64,000 bases of DNA from Prasinococcaceae sp. CCMP 1430 (lineage: Eukaryota; Plantae; Prasinodermophyta): contig RQSC01000024.1 of NCBI GenBank assembly GCA_013416795.1, positions 241,483 to 305,482 of the forward strand, given 5' to 3'. The notes beneath the pieces are model-generated. The model had not been told where the DNA came from. It made no database searches and saw only the letters and a program-made list of their open reading frames with translations. This document shows positions 12,977-24,316 of the stretch, piece by piece. Made by a program: the position numbers and the translations under genes. Each line of letters begins with the position of its first letter. Position 1 is the first letter of the stretch.

Positions 12977-13278
12977 GACCCGCGCGGCGACACGCGGCGG
13001 CGCGTGCAGCGGCCACCAAGTGCCCCTTTCCCTTGCCCCCTCTCACCTCACGTGCGCGCGGCGAGCCTCAGTCGGCACTGCGGGCGCGCGCTTGCGCGAC
13101 CGCGGCGCTCGCGCTCTCGGGGAACCAGTTCCGGGTGAACGCAATTCAGTATCTCCCAGGTGGAGCACTAACCCGAATGGCTGCGTGGACGAGCAGGCCG
13201 AGGACAACGACATCGAGGCGGCGATCGTCACGATCGAGGGCGGCACGAGCTGAGAGTCTAAGTTACCCACGCTTACTA

Positions 13279-14143
13279 TTAGTCATCGGCATCGCCACCG
13301 CCGAGCGCGTCGACCACGAGCGGGGCAGCAGCGCCCACCAGAGCGAGCGCTGCGACTGCGAGCCGGCGTCGCGCGCGACGGCGGCGCGGCAGCGGTCGGC
13401 GCCGGCGTGGGCCTGCGCCGCCCCCCACTACGAACACGACGGTCCCCTGCGCGCACACGAGCGTCTCAGAGTCAGCGATTGCAAGGCGAAGATGCACGGA
13501 TGCACTGCTGCGCAACGGGGAAGGTGGGGAACGAGTGCGCGCGTCGCAAGGCCTGGGCACGTACTGGTAGCATTGCCGCCCAAGAACAGAGCGCGAAGGT
13601 CGGCAGTGGCACATCCTCGCATAGGCCGAAGGCGTAGTTGGAGAGCTCGTAAGGCAGCACTGGCGTCAGGCGTGCGAGAACGACCGCACGCGCTGCGCCG
13701 ACGCGCTCGACGCTGCGCTCAAGCCGCTCGAGCGCGCCGCCAGCCACCCTCGCGGCGAATGGTCTCAAAGCGGAGCGTGCTGCAACGAAGGCGACGCACG
13801 CAGCGAGTGTGGAGGACACGCTCACGGCAGCGACGCCCTTTGTGGGACCCCACAGCGCGCCAGCACCGACGCTGAGCACGGCTGTCGGCGGAAAGAAGAC
13901 GAGCGCCGACGAGCAGTAGAGCGCCGCGAACGCGCCATAGCGCGCCGCCGCGGGCAGCTCGCCGAGGGCGTCCGCAAACGTCGACGCATCACCCGCGAGC
14001 GCATCACCAAGTGCGCCCACGTCAAGTGCCACCGCTTGTCTCCTTCGCCGCCGCGCGCCCAGCCGCTGCCCCGCGCGGCTGGCGCGCGGCTGTAGCGTGC
14101 GCCTGCCGGCCGGCCGGGCAAGCGCCTGCTGCGCAGCAGCCAT
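13279..14143 (-). CDS. TVP38/TMEM64 (VTT, SNARE-associated) membrane protein with transit-peptide-like N-terminus
   Basis: FFPPTAVLSVGAGALWG, SSTLAACVAF..AR, LARLTPVLPYELSNYAFGL, WAAMLPGT. Exons 14143-13565 and 13446-13279, intron GTACGT...GCAG. Confidence 0.85.
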
Positions 14144-14173
14144 CGGCCTGAGGCCCGGCGCGCGGTGCAGCCG

Positions 14174-14210
<37 letters not shown>

Positions 14211-14479
14211 CCCTCGAGCATGCAGCGGTGTGGCAAGCACACGCACATGAGCGTTATCCAACCCTGCCAATGCCCGGCGTTAGGGTTGGGACTGTGCCCG
14301 CAAGCTTGAGCACGCGATTATTGATCCAGAGTGATGGGTGATTTCCAGGTCGGATTTAGGGATAAACGACAAGGGTTTACGTACACGTGGCGCTATCCAG
14401 CGGGTTCCCGCGGGGTGTCGTCTGAGGTGCGAGTGGGGGGCGGCACAGGCGCGGTCCTTGGCGAGGCGCGCCGTCGAAG

Positions 14480-16097
14480 ATGGCGGCAGGCGGCGGTCCC
14501 GCGGCCTCCGTGGTGCCGCCGCACATCGCCGTTGTCGGGGGTGGCGTCGCCGGCTGCGCGGCAAGCGCTCCGCGCGTGAAGTTCTCACGCTGCACACGCG
14601 GTGAGCCTCGCCGCCGACAGTGTATTCCCGCGCGCTCGCGCGCGCGGGCGCGGCGCGCGTGACAGTGCTCGACTACGGCTCAAGAGGCGTGGGAGGCCGC
14701 GCGTCCCACCGGGAGCGGCGAGGGGCCACGGACGGTCCGCCTGACTCGCGGCACGATCATGGGTGCCAGCACGTGTGTGTGCGCGCGGACGCATCGCGGG
14801 TGTGGCGCGACACGGTTGCCGAGTGGGTGGCGGCCGGCGCCCTCGAGTCCTGGACGCCGCGAGTGGCTGCGGTCGGCGCCGGTGCCGACGCCAGCTTCTT
14901 CGGTGCATCAGCCACGCTCGCTGCACGCGACGGCGGGGCGCTCGAGGCGCTGAGCGTTGAAGAGCGCCCACCCACGGCCGAGAGACTGTACACTGCGCGA
15001 GGTGGACAGCGCAACCTTTGCGAGGCGCTGCTGCGTGGGCTTGACGGCGTGTGCGTGCGGCGCGGCGTGCGCGTGCGTGCTATTGAGCGCGTCGAGAGCG
15101 CGCAGCGGTGGGTGCTGCGTGGCAATCCGGGCAACGATGCTCACCACGAGGCCAGCGAGGCGCGCGTGGGCACCGTCGACGAGGTTGAGCTGCTCACCGC
15201 CGATGGCGTCGTATTTACCGATTCCATGTGCGCCTTCCCGGACTGGCACCGCGCGGCAGTGCTAGGGCTGCATGCTGAGGCGCCCGCGCTTGCGGCCGCC
15301 ATGAGCGCGCGCCGCATGGCGCCCCTCTTCGCGTGCATGCTATCTTTCGAGTCCGCACCGGTGCTGCCGCTCAGGTTTGACGCATGCGTCATGGGCGCGC
15401 CCGGCGGCGAGGACGTCGAAGAGAGCGTGCTGCAGTGGGCGTGCAATAACGGCAGCAAGCCGGGGGGCGAGGGGACGCACGAGCAGTGCTGGACGCTGGT
15501 GTCCACGCGCACTTTTGCAGAGTCGTGCCTTCGCGATGAGCCCATGTCGGCACCCACGGCGGAGGGTGGCGCATCAGGAGAACATCAGGGCGCGTCGCGC
15601 GTGTACCGGCCCCAGGAGCAGTGGTACCTGAAATCAGCGCCCGCCGAGGCGATGGTGATCGCCTTCAAGCGCGCCTGTGAGGGGGCGGGTCTCGTGCCCA
15701 CCGGCTTCCAGTGGCCGCGCGTGGCACACAGCGTGTGCCAGCGCTGGGGTGCCGCGTACGTCGACATGGACGCGAGCGAATATGTCGAGAGAGGGCTCTG
15801 GCGCGGTGAGGCTGCAGGCGACGGTAGTGGCGCTGGCACGCACACCGCGCCGTACCTTCTCGACGAGGAGCTAGGTGAGTGCACACCCCCAGCCACCACC
15901 GCACCTCATGGCGCCGCACCCACGTGCTGACGCGCGCGCCCGCGCGCCGTCGACTTGCTCCGCTCCCAGGGCTGGCGGCGGGTGGCGACTTCTGCGGTAG
16001 CGGCCGCGGAGTCGAGGACGCCGCGCTGAGCGGGGCAGCCGCAGCGACGGCGCTGGCCAAGGCTCTCTCAAGAGCGCCACATCGAGGTGCCATTTAG
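14480..16097 (+). CDS. Renalase-like FAD-dependent oxidoreductase (COG3380-type)
   Basis: Rossmann motif HIAVVGGGVAG, VTVLDYG..GVGGRASHR, HDHGCQH, W...NGSKPG, QRWGAA, and C-terminal GDFCGSGRGVEDAALSG in the last exon 15970-16097 (intron 15875-15969). The first exon junction (14560-14620) is unresolved. Confidence 0.85.
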
Positions 16098-16263
16098 TAA
16101 TTTGTTAATTTTGCCCCGCCCAGCTGCACATTTGCAACGCTTCGCACCGGGCGAGGACGCATCTGACACACGGCTGCGCGGCTCAGCTTGGACGCGCGCA
16201 ACCCCAGCGCGCGCCTGAAGAGAGCGCACGAGCCGCACATACGCACGATCGTGTACCCGCACA

Positions 16264-18230
16264 TCACGCATACGCCTGCTGGGCATCGGAGAGATACTCG
16301 CCGCACGCCTCCTCCCGGTCCGCGCCGTCCGTGGCGCCCTCGGCTTCTTCCGGCTCGGGCTCGGGGAAAGCACCCTTGTGCTTGAGCCAAACCTTGGGGC
16401 GCGCGTGTGGGTCGAAGCCACCGGTGTCATCAGGGCGCTTGGCGTGGCGCGTGACGACAGCACCTTCGACCGCCACGCGCTTCACGCGCTCGACAGGCGC
16501 GTCGGACTTCTCACGCTCAGCCGCTTTCACGAGCACCAGCCGCCGCGCGAAGGCCGTGTGGTCCGTGCCGCGCTTGAACGGCGAATCAAAGGTCTTGCCG
16601 CCCTTGTGCCGGTCGATGGACTCGCAGAGCGACACCTCAACCTCGTCGCCCACCCCGAGCTCGGCATCGCCCATGACCTCGTGCACATGGAAGCGGATGT
16701 TCATGAGACGATGCTCATTCGTGATGTCCACGTCGAGGATCCCGAAGCTGCCGCCCACCGACTTCACCAGCGCCTTGAAGCGGCGGAGTGTCACGTTCGT
16801 AGCACGCCGCGCCTTGGGGTCGCGCTTCGCCGCCGCTGACTGGAATGACACCCAGTCGCCCGGGCGCGGATACGCCTCGCCTTTCGACAGATCGCCGCGG
16901 CCGAAAGGCAACCGCTCGATCAGCCGACCGGTGTCGTCCTCGAAGGGCTCACCGACGGGATCGCGCGGGCGGTTAGGCTCTTCGCTCTTCGCCTTGGATG
17001 GCGTAGTCTCAGCAGGTGCCTCGGTATCCTCAGCCTCGGCGCCGGCGGCGGTCTCTGCCTCCGTGACGTCGCCCTCAGCCGCGACGGCAGTCTCCTCTGC
17101 GGGCTTCTCCTCAGGCTCCTTGGGCTTCATGCGCCAGTCCTTGAAGTCAGCCTTGGTGCCCGCCTTGATGACGCGCTCGAGCAGGCCGTCGGGAGACGCG
17201 CCGCCGCGGCCGCCCCGGCCACCGCGCCCGCCACCACGACCGCCCGGGCCGCTCCCATCCCCAGCACGCCGCACGATGGTGCCGAAAAGCACCTCCTCGT
17301 CGATGGTGTCGAAGACGGCCGATCCCTTCGGCGCGGCCTTCACGCGCACCGCCACAGTGCGCTTGGAGCGCGGGTCGAGCTTGACGCTGAAGCGCAGGTC
17401 GATGCCGACCGACAGTTGGTCCGGCGACAGGTCCTGCAGCTCGCTGAAGTGGAAGAAAACGTCAGCGGCAGTTTCGCATCGCTTGATGAATCCGTACGAC
17501 TCCGCCAAGCGCGCGACGACACCGAGTTCGGTCTCATCCTCCTTGCGCTCGACCACCTTCACGGCGGTGGCCATGCGCTCGTTCGACTGCTTGTGCACGC
17601 TGACCTGGAAGGACACCGTGTCCCCCGTGGCCGCGGCCTCACGCGGGTTGTCCATGTCGTAGAGGGTGTAGGTCGCGCGGTGCTCCTTCGCCTCGTCCCC
17701 GTCACCTTCGGTGTAGACAATGATGCCAGCATTGCGAGCCTCGCGGCCCGAGGTGGCATCCTTCTCGACCACGCCAGTGAATGTGCCCGAGAGAGACTCG
17801 TCAAACTTCACGGTGCCATGCGGGAGTTTCTCCAGGCGGCTCGCTACTGGCTTGCCCGAGCGCGGGTCTGTCACCACCATGAAGCTGACCTCGTCCTCGC
17901 GCTTGACCCGGCGGACGCCGCTCTCGCCGAAGCAGCACTCGGAGAAGTGGAACCAGAGGCGCGCCTCCGGGCGGTCAGCGCAACGGATGTGCCCGAAGTT
18001 GTCACCCACGGAGGTCACCAAGCCTGTCTCTCTTTCTTGCGTCGGCACGCCCAGAAGCTTCAAGTTGGTCGCGCGCGCGCGGCCACGGTCCGCCCGCTGC
18101 GGCACCATGATGGAGAACTCCACGAGGTCGCCCACGTGCAATCGCTCCGGCGACTTGGTGCTGCCCTCCGCGGCCTCCGCGTCATCGGCTTCCAGGTCAA
18201 AACCCACCGACATTGGCACACGCGACTCCC

Positions 18231-18268
<38 letters not shown>

Positions 18269-18870
18269 CCGCCGCCAGCGCGCGGGGCATCCTGCTCGCT
18301 CCCAGCGGCGGGTGGCACCCCGCCATCGCCCTCTCCCCCGCCGGGAGCAGCGGCCTCGTCGGCAGCGCCCGCGTCGACGTCCAGCTTCTGCACCTCCTCT
18401 GCCGCGGCCGCGGCCGCAGCGTCAGCGGCAGCGCGCTTGTCCTGATCGGGCTGATCGACGCCCTTGAGGGAGACGTTGCCGCGCCTGTTTGCGCCGAAGA
18501 AGCTCACGATGCCGCGGAACACGCCCGGGAGCGGCTCCTCGAACTTAACCGAGCCACGCGGCAGGAAGGTCACGTGCTGCGCCGCCGGCCTGCCCTTGTT
18601 GCCGCCGCTGCCCTGGCCGACGGTGAACTCGACCTCCTGGCCCTGCCTGATGAGCTCGTACATTGTCGGCCGCATGCCGTACGCTGCCGCGCCCTCCGGG
18701 GAGTCCTGTGGCGGCACGATCTGGCTCACGTGCGCGAAGACCTGCTCGTCGCGGCCAACGCACTTGATGAAGCCGAAGGACTCGCGCACGGACACCACCA
18801 CACCACGCTCGCGCGGCCCGGGAGGGGGCCCGGCCTCGTGCGACGCGCGCCCGCCGCCGCCGCCCAGGGG
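16264..18870 (-). CDS. CSDE1: CSDE1/Unr-like multi-cold-shock-domain RNA-binding protein with SUZ-C motif; start codon not identified
   Basis: Repeated CSDs (GVVVSVRESFGFIKC..VFAHVS; GLVTSVGDNFGHIRC..LWFHFSE; GVVARLAESYGFIKR..VFFHFSEL; ALVKSVGGSFGIL..IRFHVHEV) alternate with non-canonical CSDs, linked by LPxGxVxF motifs. C-terminal VTRHAKRPDDTGGF. Poly-Q from a (CAG)n tract near 18232-18267. Confidence 0.85.
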
Positions 18871-18889
18871 GGCTTCGCTACCTCCGGGC

Positions 18890-19705
18890 GCGCCAAGGTG
18901 CACACGTCGACCGTGGCGCTCATCCCCCCGGACTGCGCATGGGAGCGCGTGCAGGCCGCGCGCTACGCCGTGCGCGACAGGGGGCTCTGGAGGTGGCCGC
19001 CGCACGTGGTGCGTGGCGTGACGTGGGGCGGGGCGCACCGTTTGCCGCGCGCCCCAGCTCGCGCGTGCCAGCGCGTTGCAGCGCGGAGCGCTGACTCGCG
19101 CGCTCGCCACGCCGCCGCGCTCTGCGGCTGAGCAGAACCTCCTGTACCCCTTCGCACCCCTGTGCGACGTCGGGGCGCACGTGGACGCGCTCGCCCGCGC
19201 CGCCGCTGAGGTGGAGCCCTTCGATGTGACCCTTGGAGCATTTCGCACCTTCGCCCACCGCCACTCCGCGACGCTGTGGCTCGACCCGGCGTGCGAGCCG
19301 GCCGGCGCCCTCGACGAGCTCCAGGCGGCGCTCATGCGAGCCGCTCCGCTCTTCGACGACCAGCGGAGCCTGCACGGCGGCGTGTTCACGCCGCACATGT
19401 CGATCGCGCACTTCCCTTCGATCAACGCCGCGCGCCGTGCGGAGGAGGAGCTCGCGCGCGAGTGGGAGCCCGTCGCGTGGAGGTGCACAGAGGTCCACGT
19501 GATGGCGCGCGAAGGCGCCGCGGGCCAGTTCAGGCGAGTTTACCGCATCCCGGTCGGCAGCGGCGGGCCGGCCGGCGCCGCGGCGGCGCTGGCGGACGAG
19601 CCGCCGCATTCGTACCCGCACATGCCCGCCGAGCCGCCCGAGTGGTGCGAGCACGCGGCGCGCGGCCGCCGGTACGGCGCGCGCGGGGTCGCATCGTCGA
19701 CGTGA
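18890..19705 (+). CDS. 2H-phosphoesterase (2'-5' RNA ligase superfamily, LENG9-like); start codon not identified
   Basis: Exon 1 about 18890-19008 (KVHTSTVALIPP..WERVQAAR..DRGLWRWPPHV), intron 19009-19135 (GTGCGT...GCAG), exon 2 19136-19705 (NLLYPF...FTPHMSIAHF). The two catalytic His motifs are PHVNL and PHMSI. Confidence 0.8.
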
Positions 19706-19846
19706 CGGAGCGCCGCCGCGCGCGCGGCGGCCCTCGCCGCGGACGGACCGCCCTCCCCCTAACACTCCCGACAACCCCCTCACACACACACACACACAGA
19801 CCGCACAAAAAGACACACCCGCACTCCCCCCCCCCCCGCGGGCAAG

Positions 19847-21745
19847 ATGAATTCCCTCGCGGCGTACCAGAAGGACCGCCTGCGCGAGGGCACCATCATG
19901 CAGCCCGTCGGCGGCATGCAGCGCCTGCGCAAGTCGGTGACGCGCAAGACCATCGACGCCGCCACGTCGGTGCTCAACCAGCGCTCGGCACACGCGCACC
20001 GCGCCGACGCCGAGCGCGACGCCGAGTGGCTGCAGGCCCGCACGGAGGACGTGTTCCGAATGGAGCCCCCGAGCTCCTACCCGCACCTCCCCGCGACCAG
20101 CATCTGCTCGAGGTTCGTGCACAGCGCGGTGAACGTCAAGGCGAAGACGCCCATTTACCAGGCGGCTTGGACGCCAGACGGCCGCCGCGTGGTCGCCGCG
20201 TCGCAGAGCGGCGAGTTCACGCTGTGGTCGGGGTCGGCGTTCCACTTCGAGTCGATCCTGCAGGCGCACGAGTGCGCCGTGCGCACGCTGTGCTGGAGCC
20301 GAAGCGGCAACTGGCTGCTCGCCGGCGACGACAGCGGCACCGTCAAGTACTGGGAGCCCAACCTGAGGAACGCGCGCGCCATCCAGGCGCACAAGGAGCC
20401 GTGCCGCTGCGTGGACTTCGCGCCGAGCGACCTCAAGTACGTCACGGGCAGCGACGACACCACCGCCAAAATCTGGGACTTCGCGAGCGGAAAGGAGGAG
20501 ATGACGCTCGCCGGGCACGGTTGGGACGTCAAGGCGACGGGGTGGCACCCCCACAAGGCGATGGTCGCCACGGGCGGCAAGGACAACCTCGTGAAGCTGT
20601 GGGACGTGCACTCGGGCAAGGAGCTCGCGACCATGCACGGCCATAAGAACACCGTCATGAATGTGAAGTGGAACGACAACGGCAACTGGCTGCTCACGTG
20701 CTCGCGTGACTCGCTGGCAAAGGTGATGGATGTGCGCATGATGAAGGAGCTGCAGACATTCCGTGGTCACAAGCGCGACGTGACGTGCTGCACCTGGCAC
20801 CCCATCCACAACGAGTACTTCGTCACCGGCGGGTTCGACGGCAGCTTGAATCACTGGATAGTCGGCGAGAAGGACCCCGTGCAAGAGAGCAATGCCGGGC
20901 AGGACCAGGCCGTCTGGTCGGCCTCCTTCAACCCGCAGGGCCACATCCTCGCAACGGGCTCGCAGGATCACACGACCAAGTTCTGGAGCAGGAACCGCCC
21001 GGGCGAGAACCTCGTCGAGGACTCGCACGCCGCCGCGGTGCACGCGCGCGACGACGAGGACATGCGCGCCCCGCGATATGCGCGCGATGGCGGCAGGGAA
21101 ACCGACGCGCGCGGCGGCGGCGCGTACGACCGCAGTGGCGGTGGTGCCGAGCCTGCCCACGCCACTCGCAGCAGCGGATCGGGCTCGGCCATTCCGGGCC
21201 TGGCAGGGGCCGGCGGTGGCATGCCCGGCATACCTGGCGTGGGCGGCGGTGGCATTCCTGGGCTCGGTGGCGGCGGCGCCATTCCCGGACTCGCGGTCGG
21301 AGCCGCGGCGGTGCCTGCCGCCGCAGGAGCGACGGCCCTGCTCGGCGCGTCTGTATCGGCCTCATCCAAGCCGATCGACCGCGAGGCGCTGCTCGCTGGC
21401 TCGAAGCGACAGGCAGACTCGCGAGGGGGCGCGGGCAGCAACAAACGCGCGCGCGGCGGCCCGCCTCCCTTCGGCATGCCGCCCCCGATGATGGGGCCCG
21501 GCGGCATGCCACACATGATGCCCCCGGGCGGGCCGGGCTTTGGCGGTCCGCCCGGCATGGGCCCCCCTCCGCCTGGCATGCCGCCGCCACCTGGCTTCCC
21601 CGGCGGCCCGCCTGGGCCGCCTGGCCAAATGGGCCAGATGGGCGGGCCTCCCGGCCCGCATGGGCAGCAGCAGTGGCGGCCCGGCATGCCGCCTCCGATG
21701 GGCGGCCCCCCGCCGCCCGGGTACCCTCCTCCGCCCCGCGGCTGA
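19847..21745 (+). CDS. WDR33: Pre-mRNA 3'-end processing WD40 protein WDR33/Pfs2/FY with Gly/Pro-rich tail
   Basis: RKSVTRKTIDA, TPDGRRVVAASQSGEFTLW, FESILQAHE, AGHGWDVK..WHPHKAMVATGGKDNLVKLWD, GHILATGSQDHTTKFWSRNRPG. Intronless. Confidence 0.95.
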   Translation: MNSLAAYQKDRLREGTIMQPVGGMQRLRKSVTRKTIDAATSVLNQRSAHAHRADAERDAEWLQARTEDVFRMEPPSSYPHLPATSICSRFVHSAVNVKAKTPIYQAAWTPDGRRVVAASQSGEFTLWSGSAFHFESILQAHECAVRTLCWSRSGNWLLAGDDSGTVKYWEPNLRNARAIQAHKEPCRCVDFAPSDLKYVTGSDDTTAKIWDFASGKEEMTLAGHGWDVKATGWHPHKAMVATGGKDNLVKLWDVHSGKELATMHGHKNTVMNVKWNDNGNWLLTCSRDSLAKVMDVRMMKELQTFRGHKRDVTCCTWHPIHNEYFVTGGFDGSLNHWIVGEKDPVQESNAGQDQAVWSASFNPQGHILATGSQDHTTKFWSRNRPGENLVEDSHAAAVHARDDEDMRAPRYARDGGRETDARGGGAYDRSGGGAEPAHATRSSGSGSAIPGLAGAGGGMPGIPGVGGGGIPGLGGGGAIPGLAVGAAAVPAAAGATALLGASVSASSKPIDREALLAGSKRQADSRGGAGSNKRARGGPPPFGMPPPMMGPGGMPHMMPPGGPGFGGPPGMGPPPPGMPPPPGFPGGPPGPPGQMGQMGGPPGPHGQQQWRPGMPPPMGGPPPPGYPPPPRG

Positions 21746-21988
21746 TAATAATGATGGTGAAAGACGCGCCCCATTGAGCTCGCGCGACCCGCCCGGCCTC
21801 GCCCACCCCCGCCGAGCGCGCGTCGTGTGCGTGCGCGTCGTGTGCGTGCGCGCGCGTGTGTGCGTGTGCCGCGCGTCAAGGACGGGGTGAGCTCGCACGC
21901 GCCGTGAAGCTTTGGAGAAAAATCATGCGCTATCTTTTTTAATGGAAAAAAGGCTTGCACGCGAGCTCAGCTGTACGCACCCTCGTCG

Positions 21989-24316
21989 CTACGGCCCCCA
22001 TGGACTGCGCGGCGGAAGCCCCGTCACGTCCACAGGCGGCGTCGCCACGGCGACGCCATGCATGGTCGGCCCGTGCGGTGGCGCGCTCGTGATCATGCGA
22101 GGCTGCATGCCGGCCCCCAGCGTCCCGTGGGGTGGAGGCGGCACAATTGGTGCCTGGCCGCCCGCCGCGGGTGCTCCGCCCACCACCGCTCCCGCCGCCG
22201 CCAGCGGTACCTGCAGCATCGGCGCGACCGTCCGTTTCGCGGCGGCTTCGTTTCCCTGCCTGATGAGCAGCGTAGGATCGTTTGCGGCCGAGTCGCGGCC
22301 CCAGCTCGCCTGCCCTGGCGGCCCCGCCGAGCTCTGCGGCGTCAGGTGCACGGTGGACGTGGTGACCGCCGCGGCGCCACTCTGCGCGGAGCCCAGGCTC
22401 GTGAGGCGATAGTAAGGCTCCTTGAGATCGAGCTTTGCGGTGGCGACCATCGGGCGGCCGTGGTGGAGTGGGTTGGAGCTGCCGCTCCGCTCGACCTGCA
22501 GGCTGATCTCGATGTCGTACGACTGCCGCGAGTGCGCGGTGAGCTTCAGGTAGCCCGAGAGCACCTGGCCGGCGACGAGCACGAGCGGCGTCGACATGAG
22601 GCACCGCAACTGGTGCCAGTGCGTCGTGGGCAGGCCGGGCGCCGTCGAGAGCCAGCGAGCGGCCTTGGAGCCGTTGAAGAGCACGTCGAACCAGCACGCC
22701 AGCCCGTGGCAGCGCCCCACCGAGGTGGAGACGTAGTGCAGCGGCATGACGATCTCCTGCAGGTCCTTCTCGTCGGCCGTGGTGAAGTCGATGACGTGCG
22801 AGACGGGCGCCGCCAGCAGCAGGTTGGGCGAGAAGGAGTCAATCACCGGCTGCTCGAGGTAGGCCTTCGTGGCCGTCTCGTACAGGGCCTCCATGTCGAC
22901 GCCGTAGTAGTTGCTCTGCTGCCAGAAACCCGCGCGGTTCAGGACCTCGGTGTAGAGGAACTCGTCGGAGAAGGGCGACACGTGGATGCGCCCCAGCATG
23001 GGGTACATGCGGCCGTTGGGCTTCATGAAGCGCTTGCGCGCGATGATGTACGTCTCGAGCATGCGCTCGTTCACCAGCAGCGTGCCCATGGGCTCGGAGA
23101 TGAGCACGTCGGCCTGCTCGGGCAGCTCGATCTCTTCGACCTTGCCGCGGATGATCTCGATGCGGCTCGCGTACACCGGGTTGGACTCGACCAGCCGCCG
23201 CGCGTGCTCGCACACGCTCGACGCCTCGATGGCGTACACCTTGCGAGCACCCGCCTGCACGGCGAAGATGCCCAGGATGGCCGTGCCCGCGCCCACGTCG
23301 ACCACCACCGCGTCCTCGAAGTCGACGTGGTTCTCCAGGATGGCGGCGTAGTACGTCGACGTGCGCACCATGTCCTGGAGCATGTTTTGCTGGTGCAGCA
23401 GCTGGCCGTAGTAGTGGAAGTAGAGCTCGGCGCTCGCCCTGTCGGTCTTCTGGTAAAAGAGGGAGTCCTCCGCCGCCCCTTGCTCGCCGCCGCTGCCGTT
23501 CCCCCCGAGCGCGAGGGTGTCGAAGCTGTTCTTGCCGTCGCTGCCGCCGTTGACGCCCGCGGCCGCGCCGCCGCCGCCGAGGCCGCGGCACCTCTCCACG
23601 ATCTCGGCGAAGCGCTTCGTCGACTCCGAGCTCGGCAGCTGCACGAGGAACGTGCGCCGCACGCGCGCGCGCTTGCTCGCCTTGCGCCTGCCCCCGCGCC
23701 TGGCCTCGCCGTTGCCGGCGCTCCCGTTGCGCTTGCGCGTGCCCGCGCCGCCGCCGCTGTCGCCCGCCGAGTCGAAGGCCTGGCCAGCCTCCTCGTCGCT
23801 CTCGTCGGTGGGCAGGCCCTCCGAGCTCTGCGCGTCGGGCGAGCTGTTGTTGAACGAGCACGACGTGAGCGCGCGCGTGGCGCCGCCCTCGTCGCCGCCG
23901 CCCGCGCGGCGCGCGACCTCGAGCGACCACAGGAAGCGCTGGCCGCCCATCGCGCACCATTGCAGCCGCGAGTCGGCCGCCGCGCGCACCTCCACGCCGT
24001 CGGCCGTGTTGAGCGTGATGTACGTGTTTCCGTCGCCGTGCTCCTCGAGCCACAGGATGGCGGGGATGGCCTCGCCCACCTCGACGGGCGGCGCCGCGTG
24101 CGCGCCCGTGGGCGCCTTGTCGAAGAGCTCCGAGGCCGTCACGCCCTCGAGCACGACCGTCGGGAAGGTGGTGCTTGGGCCGTTGGCGATGTCGCCCGCG
24201 CCGCCCGCGTCGTGGACGGTGCCGTTGCCGTTGCCCGCGCTCAGGCCGCCGGTCAGCGCGCCGCCCTCGCCGAGCGGGCAGCCGGCCGCGCCGCCGCCGT
24301 CTCCCAGGCCTTGCAT
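21989..24316 (-). CDS. PRMT4: Protein arginine N-methyltransferase PRMT4/CARM1
   Basis: YFHYYGQLLHQQNMLQD, VVDVGAGT, double-E loop SEPMGTLLVNERMLE, THW loop THWHQ, LDLKEPYYR. First plausible ATG at 24316. Confidence 0.93.
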   Translation of the reverse strand: MQGLGDGGGAAGCPLGEGGALTGGLSAGNGNGTVHDAGGAGDIANGPSTTFPTVVLEGVTASELFDKAPTGAHAAPPVEVGEAIPAILWLEEHGDGNTYITLNTADGVEVRAAADSRLQWCAMGGQRFLWSLEVARRAGGGDEGGATRALTSCSFNNSSPDAQSSEGLPTDESDEEAGQAFDSAGDSGGGAGTRKRNGSAGNGEARRGGRRKASKRARVRRTFLVQLPSSESTKRFAEIVERCRGLGGGGAAAGVNGGSDGKNSFDTLALGGNGSGGEQGAAEDSLFYQKTDRASAELYFHYYGQLLHQQNMLQDMVRTSTYYAAILENHVDFEDAVVVDVGAGTAILGIFAVQAGARKVYAIEASSVCEHARRLVESNPVYASRIEIIRGKVEEIELPEQADVLISEPMGTLLVNERMLETYIIARKRFMKPNGRMYPMLGRIHVSPFSDEFLYTEVLNRAGFWQQSNYYGVDMEALYETATKAYLEQPVIDSFSPNLLLAAPVSHVIDFTTADEKDLQEIVMPLHYVSTSVGRCHGLACWFDVLFNGSKAARWLSTAPGLPTTHWHQLRCLMSTPLVLVAGQVLSGYLKLTAHSRQSYDIEISLQVERSGSSNPLHHGRPMVATAKLDLKEPYYRLTSLGSAQSGAAAVTTSTVHLTPQSSAGPPGQASWGRDSAANDPTLLIRQGNEAAAKRTVAPMLQVPLAAAGAVVGGAPAAGGQAPIVPPPPHGTLGAGMQPRMITSAPPHGPTMHGVAVATPPVDVTGLPPRSPWGP

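Noticed and set aside
13160-13253. Short plus-strand coding-like stretch WSTNPNGCVDEQAEDNDIEAAIVTIEGGTS*
   Set aside because: No in-frame start or linkable upstream exon and no recognisable motif; too weak to call, though RNA-seq could revive it.
14174-14207. Long poly-C run encoding a poly-Gly N-terminal extension of TVP38
   Set aside because: Homopolymer length is unreliable, and a downstream ATG at 14143 gives a more plausible transit peptide.
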